A stretch of DNA of 62,442 nt, filler included, from Choristocarpus tenellus KU-1152 (Eukaryota; Protista; Phaeophyceae): the NCBI GenBank assembly GCA_964200185.2. It is 6 parts of 6 records of this genome, joined end to end, with 100 filler letters (N's around TTAATTAATTAA, not from the genome) between each part and the next. Parts side by side here need not be neighbours in the genome. Positions count along the whole stretch, not along the records: positions 23,675 to 53,135 come from CAXNAD020000108.1; 5 more parts are not named here. One strand, given 5' to 3'. A model generated the notes under the pieces. It worked only from the letters and a program-made list of their open reading frames with translations. It had not been told where the DNA came from and made no database searches. Below, in pieces: positions 37,001 to 49,000 of the stretch. The position numbers and the translations under genes were made by a program. How positions within the stretch are numbered: the stretch's first letter is position 1; every line of letters starts with the position of its first letter.

Positions 37001-40000
37001 TGGTGGTGAGTTGGATATGTGTATCTTTCAGCTGTAAGTATCATTAATCAATACCCTTCCTGATTCCATTTGGCAATACATTATATTTCACTGAATTACA
37101 ACAGCCTTATACTGGAGAATATATACGATCTGATGAATAAGAATTCCTCCAATATTTACCCGCAGGAAGATGTGGAGAGTGACAACGATGACAACATCAC
37201 CTGCCCTTATGAACCAGGGCAAGTTGTTTCCGGAGGCAAAGTGGCTTCAACCGCATCAGACTTTGACACAGATGATCATTTCCGAGGAGAAAAGACTGTG
37301 CTTGTTAAACTCAAGGGTTTAGGTCGAGGTCGTTTTGCTTTACTACCTCTGTCGCATCTTGCAGACAAAGCGTCACTTGGACCGACTTTTGCAGCAGGGT
37401 TGACTGTTGGTCAAAAACTTGGATCCGCACTTGTTATCGAAGTGGACAGAAGGGGAAGGCCGATTCTCTCGTTGAAACCTTTGTTGTTAAGTGTTGCGGC
37501 TGAGAATGATAAAAACGAAGAGAATGGTTTGGAACAACAAACATTGGGAGGTAATGAGGAACCTAAAGTGGAAGTGTGTTCAGAAATGACACCAAGTGTT
37601 ACGCCTACAAGGTCTGATGACCTCAGTCATGGTGATGTGCTGTCAGGCTTTGTTTCTCGGGTGGAAACATTTGGTATATTCATACGCTTCTTTGGGGGGT
37701 TTACAGCTCTCTGCCCGAGGGTGATGGCTGCAGATGGGGGGGCAGATGACCTGCAGGCAATGTTTCAGGAAGGAGATAGCATCAGGTGTGCTAATAAAAT
37801 AATATTTGTTGGAATTCCTGTGTTTGGTTCAAAATTTTCAATTTCCTGAATGTAATAAAAAGCATACGTGACTTATCTTAATCATGGTGTATCTGGTAAA
37901 AAATTTAGGAGATTACACTCGTCTTCGTTTGAGAAATCCTATAAATAGGATTCATTTCTTGATGCTTTTGGTACAAAATCAATCGCTAATTATAATTCCG
38001 CTTGGCAGGTGCACTGTTCAAAGGGTTGATGCTGACCAAGGGCGTGTGGTATGTACGCCAAGAAGGTCATCTGTTCCTCAGTCTCCTGGACTTTTTGTTC
38101 GGTCTTACCTGTCTGAAATACCAGCAGAAGCTGCAACATCATCTGCCAACGGTGAAAAGGGGAAGATGCCAACATGGTGCAACTATGTGGTAGGCACAAC
38201 CATTAATGCTGCAGTGGTGGCTATGAAAGAATATGGAGTGGTCCTGTCTTCCAGACCTGGAAATTCCAGTTTAGGGGAAGGCAGAGGGCGGGAGACTACA
38301 GACCTTGACAAGGGAGAAACTCTCATGGTGTGTTCTTTGGCTCTGGCACAAGAAGGTATAAAGGATGGTGATGAAGTGAAGGTGAGAAATGTACTCACGG
38401 TGAAAACTTTAGCTGGTGATTAGAAGATGTGGATGCCACCCCACCTACCGTATAATTATTTTTTCCCACACCGTTATTGTGTGGAGGAATAATTCTAAAC
38501 ATGCAATTGCTGAGTATGTAGTAGTGTGTACCTGTCCTGAACGAATGTGTTTCTGATATTTCTTTTGCCATGTGTTGTTTTTACAGGTTCGAATCCTAGG
38601 GGTGGATTTTGAAAAGCAACTGCTGGATGTTACAATGGATCCAAGCCATGTTAAGGTATGTACATGTGAATTTTGCCCCTACCTTACGTGGGGTTATAAC
38701 TCCAAGTACGAAGTACTAGATACGACTTTTTGCTGGATTGAATGAGTTGAAAATTGCGTGAAGTACAGTTGATTTTTTTTTATCATTTATTTGACAAACG
38801 TGACTACACATCAGATCACTTCTGACATTTCTTACTATCTAACAATTCTTAACGTTCAGGCTGGACGAAGCAAGCGGCGTCGTGCTCTCACTCCACCAGA
38901 GGAAGGTTCAATTGTGAAAGTCACGGTTCTACTTGCTAAACCAGATGCAGCATTTGTTGTAGCGGCATCAAGCGAAGGTCACCTCTTTGCAGTGCAGGTA
39001 AGGTATTACATTGCAGCTTCCTACACTTGATCAGGACAAATATCACACAGAAAGCCTTGAAGTGAGTTTTTTGTTTTTGACAAGTTCTCTGCACAGGTTT
39101 GCCTTGAAGTCTCAATACTTACAAAAGTGCTTGTCTGTCACTCTAGGTGGCTGATTATAACTGTCCCTTCTATACTGTGGGAGATGCTGGTGTGGCTCTG
39201 GAGCAGGGACAAGAAATCTCTGGTCGAGTAAGGGGCTGTGTGGGCTCCTTGGGTAAGGGACCTGTGGGGTCAAATAAAGAGTTCAACAATCCTTATGCTG
39301 GTCTTCCACTGTTGGTGTTACCAGAAATTAAAAGGAAAAAGGTGTGTACATTAGGCTTGTATACACGTATTTTTTTTGTTATGAATATATAGTGCAGATG
39401 TGAAATTGTGTCATGAATGTTAACATTCAAATTCCGCTTGTTTCCTAATTTTCATTCCATGTTAGATCAATCGAAAGCGTAAACTGGAGAATACTAATGA
39501 TGAGGACCCTACAGCACCTGCAGCAATTTCAACGCCAGTGCTCAATCCAATGATTGATGAGCGAGTAAACCTGGGAGACCTGAAGAAAAATGCAAAGGTA
39601 CAAGCCAAGGAAGTCAAGAAAAGTTAACTGCCCTTGCTGATGTTTACTAAAACACAGTACTTTTGTAATACCAATTTCTTTTGAAAATACTTTTCTTTGT
39701 CTATATTGCTTCCTTTTTTGCTTCACTGCAGCAAACAAACAAAACTTGAGCTGGCTTTGAAAAGTGGGAAAGTGCATAGATATAATAACCCTAACCTCAA
39801 CACTGTTGTTTAACTTTGTTTTGGGTAAGGTTGTGTGTGAAGTACAACGCGTATTTGATGACCACCTAGATGTGAAGGTGGCCGTTAATTATCCGGCACG
39901 GCAGTATGCTCTGAAGATGAGATTGGCTAAGGCAAGACGGGCCAATGTTGAGGTGAGAACCGTCATAGGTACAGGTTATGGTTATAAATTTGGTAAATTG

Positions 40001-43000
40001 ATCTGCGGCAAATTTGTTCGGAAGATGTAGAAATTTCATAAATATTCACAAGTACGTTTCATTTGCTAAAATCAGAAGTTAGTTCTAAGAATTTCTCATA
40101 CCCTGGCACGACCAGAACATTGAAGACCTTTAAAGTCATCTCTGTTGATGGGAGATGGAAGCATGTTGGCTTCCGTCTCTGTTGCCTAGAATAAACCCTA
40201 CCAGCGCCTCACACACTCACCAGGTTTGAGGTAGACCCTCTGATTTTCCTGGCCTACTAGTGCTGGACAAATGAATTGATTTATCTTTTTTGAGTTGTAA
40301 TTCTATTGAATTTAACCTTACCATAGTGTATGTATACTAGATGCTAAGTAATGATTACATCCAAGTAGTACGGTTACTCCTCGCTAATTATGATGCTACG
40401 TTAAGGTGGAAACCAATGTGGACCGTCGTCCTGAGCAAGATGTATCAGTCACCAGTTGCAAGGATGAGAACGATGCGAAGGAGAAGGTGACACATAAAAA
40501 CAACCCAACTCAGATGAAGGTAAGTCTATCATCAGTGACTTTGAAAACAGATGCGCTTGATACCACAAGAAATTTTATTCAGTGAAAGTGTGTTTTAAGA
40601 TGTCTTTTTCGGCAATGAGGAAGATATTCTCATGATGTGAAATGAATACATTGAAATATTACTATGCAATTGTGGTTTGTTCTAGTTAGGGTTATGGTTT
40701 AACACAATGTGCCGTACCTTAATACCAACAGGGGAAGGGGCTTATTGTGAAGGTCTATGGAAGTATACATGTAACGAATGCTGGTCCTCCGGAGGTCGAT
40801 GCACCCTTTGATGCCAGTGAAAAGGATGACGCGGAAATGGAGATGAAGATGAAGGTCAAGTCTTTTGTCTCCAGGCAAGCTGCCGCAGGTGCTGACATGA
40901 TATCAATGCAGCGCCCAGCATGGCATCCCTTCTCTAAGGTGACAATGTATGTTATATATGTACTTTTTTATTAAAAAAAACTCTTACCTTTTGTTTGCTC
41001 TACTATTTCTATTCAAAAGTGAAATTAAAAACGTTTGTGAATAAATTGCGACATATATACCTTTTCACACATTGTATGTATCAGTTTCACATTGGGCAAG
41101 TTCTAAATGCTGTGGTCCTCAATGCTGAGGACTCGTGTGAGGAGTGTTCTCAAGTCATACATCGCCATCTGCACCTAGCTTGTGACTGGAGGTACCAGAA
41201 AGATGTTGTCAAGGGTGAAGGTGTTGTCGAAGCTGAGAGTGAACTGGTTAAGGAACCGCCAAAGTGGAAGGGACAGAGTTTACCTCGTGTTGGTGAGATA
41301 CACCGGTGAGATACGACTTACCCTAACCCTAAGATTTCATTGGTACTGTATTTGTGTTCTGGTGTCTCATCACGTCCATAATAATCACACACAATGACGA
41401 TAAAAAGTTATCCCTGTCCTAGTCGGGGGTATAGAAAATACCCTTGCATATGACGACAGATACCTGGTAAGATTCTGAGTGTGTGTGGGTTTTGTAGCAG
41501 TTGACAGGATGTGTATTACTCGTCTTGGTTTCAGAATTCTTTGTATTGCTCATGATCTACCATCAAAGTAGTGACTAAAAACCACGGCAAAGTGTTTGCA
41601 GATTATTTCGCCTGTGAGTGGAGTTAAGAGGTGTGAATCTGAGTGACAGTACAAAATAATGTATGACCTCGTTTACCCTATTTGATCTGTACTAGGTAAA
41701 ACTCTAAGCAGAAGGACATGTCTCATGCCTTGTCTGTGTGAACTATCCATGTTTTTCCACTCACTTCTGAAGCCCTTGACTTAGCATATTCGTAAGACCA
41801 GCAGGCCCAACTGGAAAAATATTATATTTCCATGCCTTATTCATAAATTCATTATCAGCCTCAGGTAATTTTTCAATCGCATGCTCTGTAGGAAGAAACA
41901 TCCTACAATTAAGTTTTGATTTGTGTGTTCAAATTCTGCTGTGACGATAAAAAAGTTATCCCTGTCTTACTAAGGGGCGTTAAAACAATGCCGTCTGTTC
42001 ATGGTGACAGATACCTGGTAAGCTTCTGAGCAGGTGTTGTACACACAAATTGACCGTGCCCTTCAGTGGGATGGCATGATACTTGCGTTTTTTTGTGAAA
42101 ATAATATAGATAACCTTGCCAGCCGTCTCTTTCAGGACATTTTTCGGGTAGGTTTGGTACGGTTTTTGATTTGTTTACACTTGGTTTGCCTGACCTGATG
42201 GTAACATGCTCTATCTTGATCCATATTTCCCTCTCTTTGACTGACAGGGGCATTGTGTTCCGAGTGGTTGACAATGGTGTGATTGTATCACTCTCCAAGT
42301 GGGTCAGAGGTATAGTCCCTATAGGTAATCTCAGCGAGAACAAAGCGGTTATGGACAATCACATCTCTTACTTCAAACATGGAATGGGTGCAAGGGTTGT
42401 GGTGAAGAAGGTTGACACAAAGAAGAAGTTTCTACTGCTCGATATTGAAGGTTAGTACAATGGGAGTAGGTAATGTTTGTAGATATTACATGAGGATCCG
42501 TTGTGTTTATTGCCAAGAAAAGTAACATTATAGCCCTTCTCAATGTCTTCTATGGTGGTATGTTGTAGGATTAGTTCAGGATTTTGAGGATTACGTCAAA
42601 TTAAACAAGCTAACATAGGTACGATTAAATCCTTGTGGATTGCTTCCTTAAGAATACAATAGTATCTAATCTGATCAGTTTCTATATGAACATGTCGTTG
42701 TTGTGTTCATGCGGAAAAGCTGCCTCAGGTGCTGAGGAGTATCCAGATTCAGAGCTTCCAGTCATGTTAAAGCGTGTATCATTTACGTCAGATGGTGGAC
42801 CTCAAGTAAATGGAGTAGGTACAGATGTTGTACTTCCCAGACCTGGTGATGTTGTAGAGGGGAAAGTAAGATTGAGAACGGAGAAAGACATGGGACAGGC
42901 TTTTCTTGCTGTAGACCTTGCTGGGGGAGTGATAGGAAGGGTATGCATTACTGAACTGGCCGACCTGGGAGCAAAGTGGCAGGATCATCCGCTCAGAAGG

Positions 43001-46000
43001 TGAGAAACTGGAACAGTTACATTGCACTAAATTTTCTGAAATTGGCTTGTGTGTTGCAGGCACATGTTATTCAATTTCGTAAATACGAAGGCTTTTGGTG
43101 GGTTACTTAGTTATGGTTATTATTGTGCGTATCATAACAGTTTTAAGGTTCCAGTCGTAGTAACTGGAAATAATAATAAAATTGTCTATGTATAAAAGTT
43201 AAAAGTCAGTTGCCTCCTTGGCCACGGACGTCATATCCCATCAAATGGACGACGTTCTGGCTACTGTAGTACATTTCTCATGTCACCTTGTACTATATCT
43301 CTACTTACTCAAGGGATCCCTTTTTCCAGATATGGAGATTAGAGATTTGTTTGGGGAGGAGAATGAATATATGGGGGAACATTAGAGTTGGAAAAGCAGC
43401 GCGTTGAAGGAGGCTAGAGCAAGAACACAAGCGTTCCTCTAGGATGTTTTTGTTCCAGAGGTGTTTCGGTGTGATCTCTTTTTTGTTGCACAGGAGATCA
43501 CAATGAAGACTATCTGATATTCATCTGGTCACAAGCATGAAATTTAATGTCAGAAACCTACTTTTAGTTAAATATATTCTAGTCTTCATGTGACAGTTTT
43601 TTTTTTAAAGAATACACTGATTTTGTTGTTTTGGTCCACAGGTATGAGGATGGGCAGAAGGTGTATTGCCGGGTGCTAAAGCACTCCAGTTCTTCTAGTA
43701 AGAACAAAGTGTCTTCTGAAGGCAACTTGCCAATAGTGAACCTTTCACTGAGACCATCCAGGCTTGACACTGAGATGAGAGCGGAAGAGGTGGCGGTGCC
43801 TACCATGCGACCTGGTGTAGATGAGGTGGTAAAGGTGAGGGGATGAATGCTGCAGATGTTGAGTTGGAACATTTTTAGACACTGATCGTGAAATTATTTA
43901 TGTTTGATTAAATGGTCTGACATAACTTGATCTCTTACAGGGCTATGTAACTTCAACAAAGAACTCAAGGTGCTGGGTACAACTTCCGGGTGAGACAACT
44001 GGAATGGTTCTGTACAGGGATCTTGATGATCATTTTGTTAAGGATGCAGAGGACCTTTTTTTTCCAGGAAAGCTTGTAACTGGAAAGGTTTTGTCTGTGG
44101 TAAGTCACCTCTAAACATACTTTAAACATACATACATATATACCTATAGTGTTGTAATGGAATCTATTTAAAAATTGCAGATGAGACAACACTATTTGCT
44201 CGTGTGATAGGAGTGTAACAATGGACCCGACTGATTACCTGATTTATCAGAGCTAATCCACTGATATACATGGATGAAAATTGCTTTCCCAAAATAAATG
44301 ACGGGTCTATTTTATCTTCCTTTCCTGTGCATCTCTGTTCTATTTGCGAAGGGTAAAATTCCAATGTATGTATTTAACTAGTATTTGAAGTATTATTAAA
44401 AAAGAGTACTTGTGCCCCTTTTTTACAGTACAAACTGAAAATTTCAAATGTTTTTGTAGGTTTATTATCAATTCTGGTAATAGGTATTGTAGACCTTTTA
44501 ATAAAAAAAATTACAATTAAGATGGGTATTGATTTCTTCTTAGTAGATACACTTTTTCCTGACAAGTGCAATTTTACCAAGTGTTTGAGTAAGGCCTGGC
44601 TGATTATAAAAGAATTCTTCTTTCCACTGATTAAGTCTGGATGAAAAACAATCAACCGCTAAATACTACATTATGACAGGCATTTCTCTTTCCTGGTGTA
44701 ATTTTTGCGATCTTGCTTTTGTGTCTTTTAGTTAATGGTTATTTATTTTATCAGTGGTCTCAAACAGCCGTTTTGCTTCCATGAAGTCAAAGGTCTCAAG
44801 TTTGGTATATTCAATTTTGCTCTACCAACATACATGTTAAAACCGTTGTCTGGTACGTGAAATGACCGATTTATAGTTTTTGTCACAAGAAAAGTGAATG
44901 TAACAAAAATGCAACCTGCTGATGACAGACAGGACAGTATTTGTACATGGTATTGGGGAGTGTTTCTCATGCACTATGTCAATGTCCCTGCATGAAAATG
45001 TACATCCGTCTCTGCAGAATGAGGACACAGGTAGAGTTAACCTTACTCTTAAGCCATCTGTGGTTTCCCCGGAGTCTTGGAATGGAATTACATGGACAAG
45101 CCCACTACTAGATAAGGGCTTGAAAGCTAAAGGCAGAGTTGCAGAGGTCAAGGAGTTTGGTGTTATTGTGCAGCTGGATAAGAGCATGGTAAGTGCCACT
45201 AACAGCGCTGATTATCCTGACGTATACATTGCATTATTTTTTGTTTGCTCTTGGTGTGAGTAATGTCCAGCAAACAGGAATATAAGGGGCTTTGATACTG
45301 CTGCAAGTTGATTCGCCCATGGACAAAGAAAGGGGTTTCATTTTGACATTTTCCGTTTTCTCATCAGACAGAAGTGTCATCGAGCCTTAATTTTACCTCT
45401 TTTGCTCATTGATCAATCACCGTGCACTGATCTCAATGCCTGGATAGCCTTATTAACTGTTTCCCCTATTTCTCCCTTCCGTTTTTATGTGTATGGTATT
45501 TCAGTAATAAGTCAACTTTTTGGTACTACTTTTCCCCAAGATTTACTTTAGGCGTGGCACCAGGGATATTTCCGGAATCGTGGGAGACATGTTTTGGTAT
45601 GGCTAAGGACCCACAGCAGAAAACACCCCAGGATGTGTCACGTAGAGATTGTGATAGGATAGGTACGAAGTGTCTACGGGAGTTGAAGAAATAAAACGCC
45701 CCATGATTTTCTTTGACCAGGTTCTTGGTTTGTGCCACCAAAATGAAATTGAGGAAGGAGAGAATTTCAAGGAGATTTACAGCAGGGGGGATTTGGTGAA
45801 GGTATTTGTGCTGAAGGTGAGTGGGGCAGAGTACGGGACATGGTGGGAAGAAGGATTTATACAGATTTACATCCAGGTGTGTGTAACCAATCGGTAAATT
45901 GTGCGAACTGGTTGTGTAGTGCCCGTCTTCAAACTATTTGTTGTGCAATTTTTGTTTTTATTTGGTCCTCTCGGTGTTTCTATATTTTTGTTTTGGCATG

Positions 46001-49000
46001 TCCAGGTTGAAAAAGAAAAGAGGAGATTACGCCTTAGTATGAAACCTAGTTACTTTGAAGGTGATGAGACCTCGTCTGAGGAGGGAGAATCTGAAGATGA
46101 GGATCGAACAGAGTCTGAATATGAGGTACAAGAAGATGGTGCACATGAATCTGATGAAGATATATCTGTTGAAGATTTTGATGATAAAGAGGGAATGGGG
46201 AATGGATCCAGTGGAGTGGGAAGCGTCAATGAGGACAGTGACAGTGATCGTGAGGAAGAAATCAGTGGTGTGTTTGGAGTAGGTGAAGGTATGCAGAGTC
46301 CTGTTGCTGGGGCAGGTGTATTTGGGCTGACATTTGATGGGTTTGGAGATACCTCCAGAGGAGGGGAAGAGGAAAGCAGTGACGATGAAAGCGAGGACGA
46401 GGACCTTCAAGAGGGCGGGTGAGATAAGCCTGTGCTCTTTGTCTCATGTGTGGAATCAGCAAGTAGTCGTATTTAGTGTTTTGTAGTAGTGATCGTGGAT
46501 GTTTGAGAGTTTTCAAGTTGAAATGGGATAAGGTAACCTCGTTATGAATCATTAGTGCATGTTATAGAATAATACTCTATAAAACCTTACGAAAACACTT
46601 CAGGAGGACACACAAGGCTCGTCGAAAAGCAAGGGAGAAAAGGGAGAAAGAGGAAAAGATTCGCACCAAGGAAGAAGCCCTAGTTCAGGGGGTGAGAGCA
46701 TATACCCTCCATCCTGTCCTATGTTATCTTTGAAGTGTGTGTATATATGGTTAGAAGTGGTTGAGCTGACCTAACGGATCAAGAGTTGTTCATATGCATA
46801 ACTATGTAAGGCTAAGCCTAACCTTTTGAGAGTAAATGTAGGGCGTACACTAGTACTAATTATCTCTGAATTACTTAGGGTTAGGGTTAGAATTTTTCTC
46901 GTTGGATATTTACTTCCGTTTTTGCCTAATTAATTTTCATCTATAGTGGTACCTCTGGGAGGTAATTCACTCACACATATTTCACATGAAAGCACACCAT
47001 ATCAAGCTCCCTAACCCAGTCGAACTTCTGACTATGGTCGAAGTTGATGCATTGGTTGGGCAGAAGGAAGTGCAATATCAATGTGTGCTGATTTTGCCTT
47101 AAAAAGTAATAACACACTAATGTACACACATACAAGCGGAGGGAGGAAATTTAAGGGGGCATGCTCTCTGCCTTCCCCATCCACCGCAGTGTGAGTACTG
47201 ACACGGTTGATTATAGACTGAATGATGCATATAATTTATGAGTAGAATTTTGGTTACAGCCGACTTCTTCAACGTTCTTTCCACTCCTAATTTGATGCGT
47301 GAACATATCTCAGGATGCTCATCCAGAAACGGCAGGGGATTTTGACCGCCTTCTAGTGGCCAGTCCTAATAGCTCATTCCTTTGGGTCAAGTTCATGGCC
47401 TTCAATCTCTCCTTGGCGGATGTAGATGTGAGGGTCTTTGTTGCAAAATAGTGTTCTCTGTTTTGATTTTGTTGTCTGCTATTTTTATGCTACTCAACTA
47501 AATTGACCTTCAACTTGTTTTAACTTTTGTGTAGTTGGGAAGACTGGCAATGTCTTTGTATTAACTCTACAGTCTGAAAATGGGTTGGAATGAACAGGGT
47601 GCAAGGTCGGTTTGTGAGCGAGGCCTCAAATGTGTGTCATTCCGTGAGGAGCAAGAACGCCACAACCTTTGGGTGGCATTTCTTAATTTAGAACATGACT
47701 ACGGAACAAGGGAGGGATTAGCAAAAGTATTTCGAAGGGCTTGTCAAAACACCAATCCCAAGAAGGTACACCTTCATTTGGCACAGGTGAGACAAAGAAT
47801 GGTGTGTGTGCTACATTTTTTTACAACATTTAGAGATTATGATGTTTTAGTTAAATTGATGCAATTTTCTTTGCCATTCCTGACTTAAATACAACTGGGA
47901 GGGGTTAGCAGCTCCCCATTTTGGGCCATTTTTTTATTGTCGCCATCTTCGGGTTGGTTGGTTCCATATGCAGATTTTCACCCAAGTCGACAGACTGGTG
48001 TAGACCCCCCACCACCCCACCCCTCCCAGATACTCTGGGTCCTATCTGTGATATACTGGTGTGTTAATTTGTCCGGATGTAATCCAAGGCATGGCTAACG
48101 TTTGCTGAAATAAACTACTGATTATATGTTCAGATGCATGAGAAGACTGGGGAGAAATCAGAAGCGGAAGAGGCGTACAAGGCAGCATCCAAGAAGTTCC
48201 GTCAATCTAAGAAGGTAGGTTTAAGGTGTAATTTCTGTTCTTAAAATGATTCGGGAACAAGGGCATCCCTGGTAGAGATGAAATTGAATGAAGTAGGGAG
48301 ACTTAAAGTGTGGCAGGAAGGCTATGATGAAGAGACGTTAGAACGCTGCCAATTGTGAGCGAGAATCACGTTTTTGCCAGTTATCCCTCTGAGCTTTTGC
48401 TGCTGTGCATTTTACGATTTTGAAGATCTCCTTGAGGTTAGCTAAACTTTCTTTTTTTAAATCGTGATGACATGGTTCCATGATGCTTAATATTGCGTAA
48501 CCGGTCCTAACCCATTGGGGACAGGCTTATTCTCTTACAGGCCAGTCCCTAAGATGAGACCGGAAGATTAACAGCACTGAAACTTAATTGCCGGGGCCTT
48601 TACACCGCATCAACTGATCTGGTAGTGCCCTCTAGCACCGGTGCCATATTTTTAGAGGACTCGAACAGTGAATTTTGTTGAATTTGTACTTCTTTCAAAT
48701 GTAGTCTGAAATTGATGGAAAGGTCTTTGCCTGTACTGTATTAGCGCTGTGGCCTAAGTATTTAGTACATTAAAACTTTGTTCTTTAAAGTTTTGGTGTT
48801 TGTGCTGAAAATTAGGTGTGGATGGCGTATCATCTTTCAAGACTGAAGCAAGGTGATGATGAAGGAGCCAGGGAGTTGCTTCAGCGTAGTCTGCAGTCTC
48901 TTGGGCGTCATAAGCATATTGCTGTCATCACTAGGTATGTGTACATAGATCACAAACATTTTTTCTGGCTACTTTTTGAGAAGATACACTTGGGTGAGAA

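Noticed and set aside
45265-45395. Hairpin-ANANNA-hairpin in RRP5 intron
   Set aside because: No ACA box after the second hairpin
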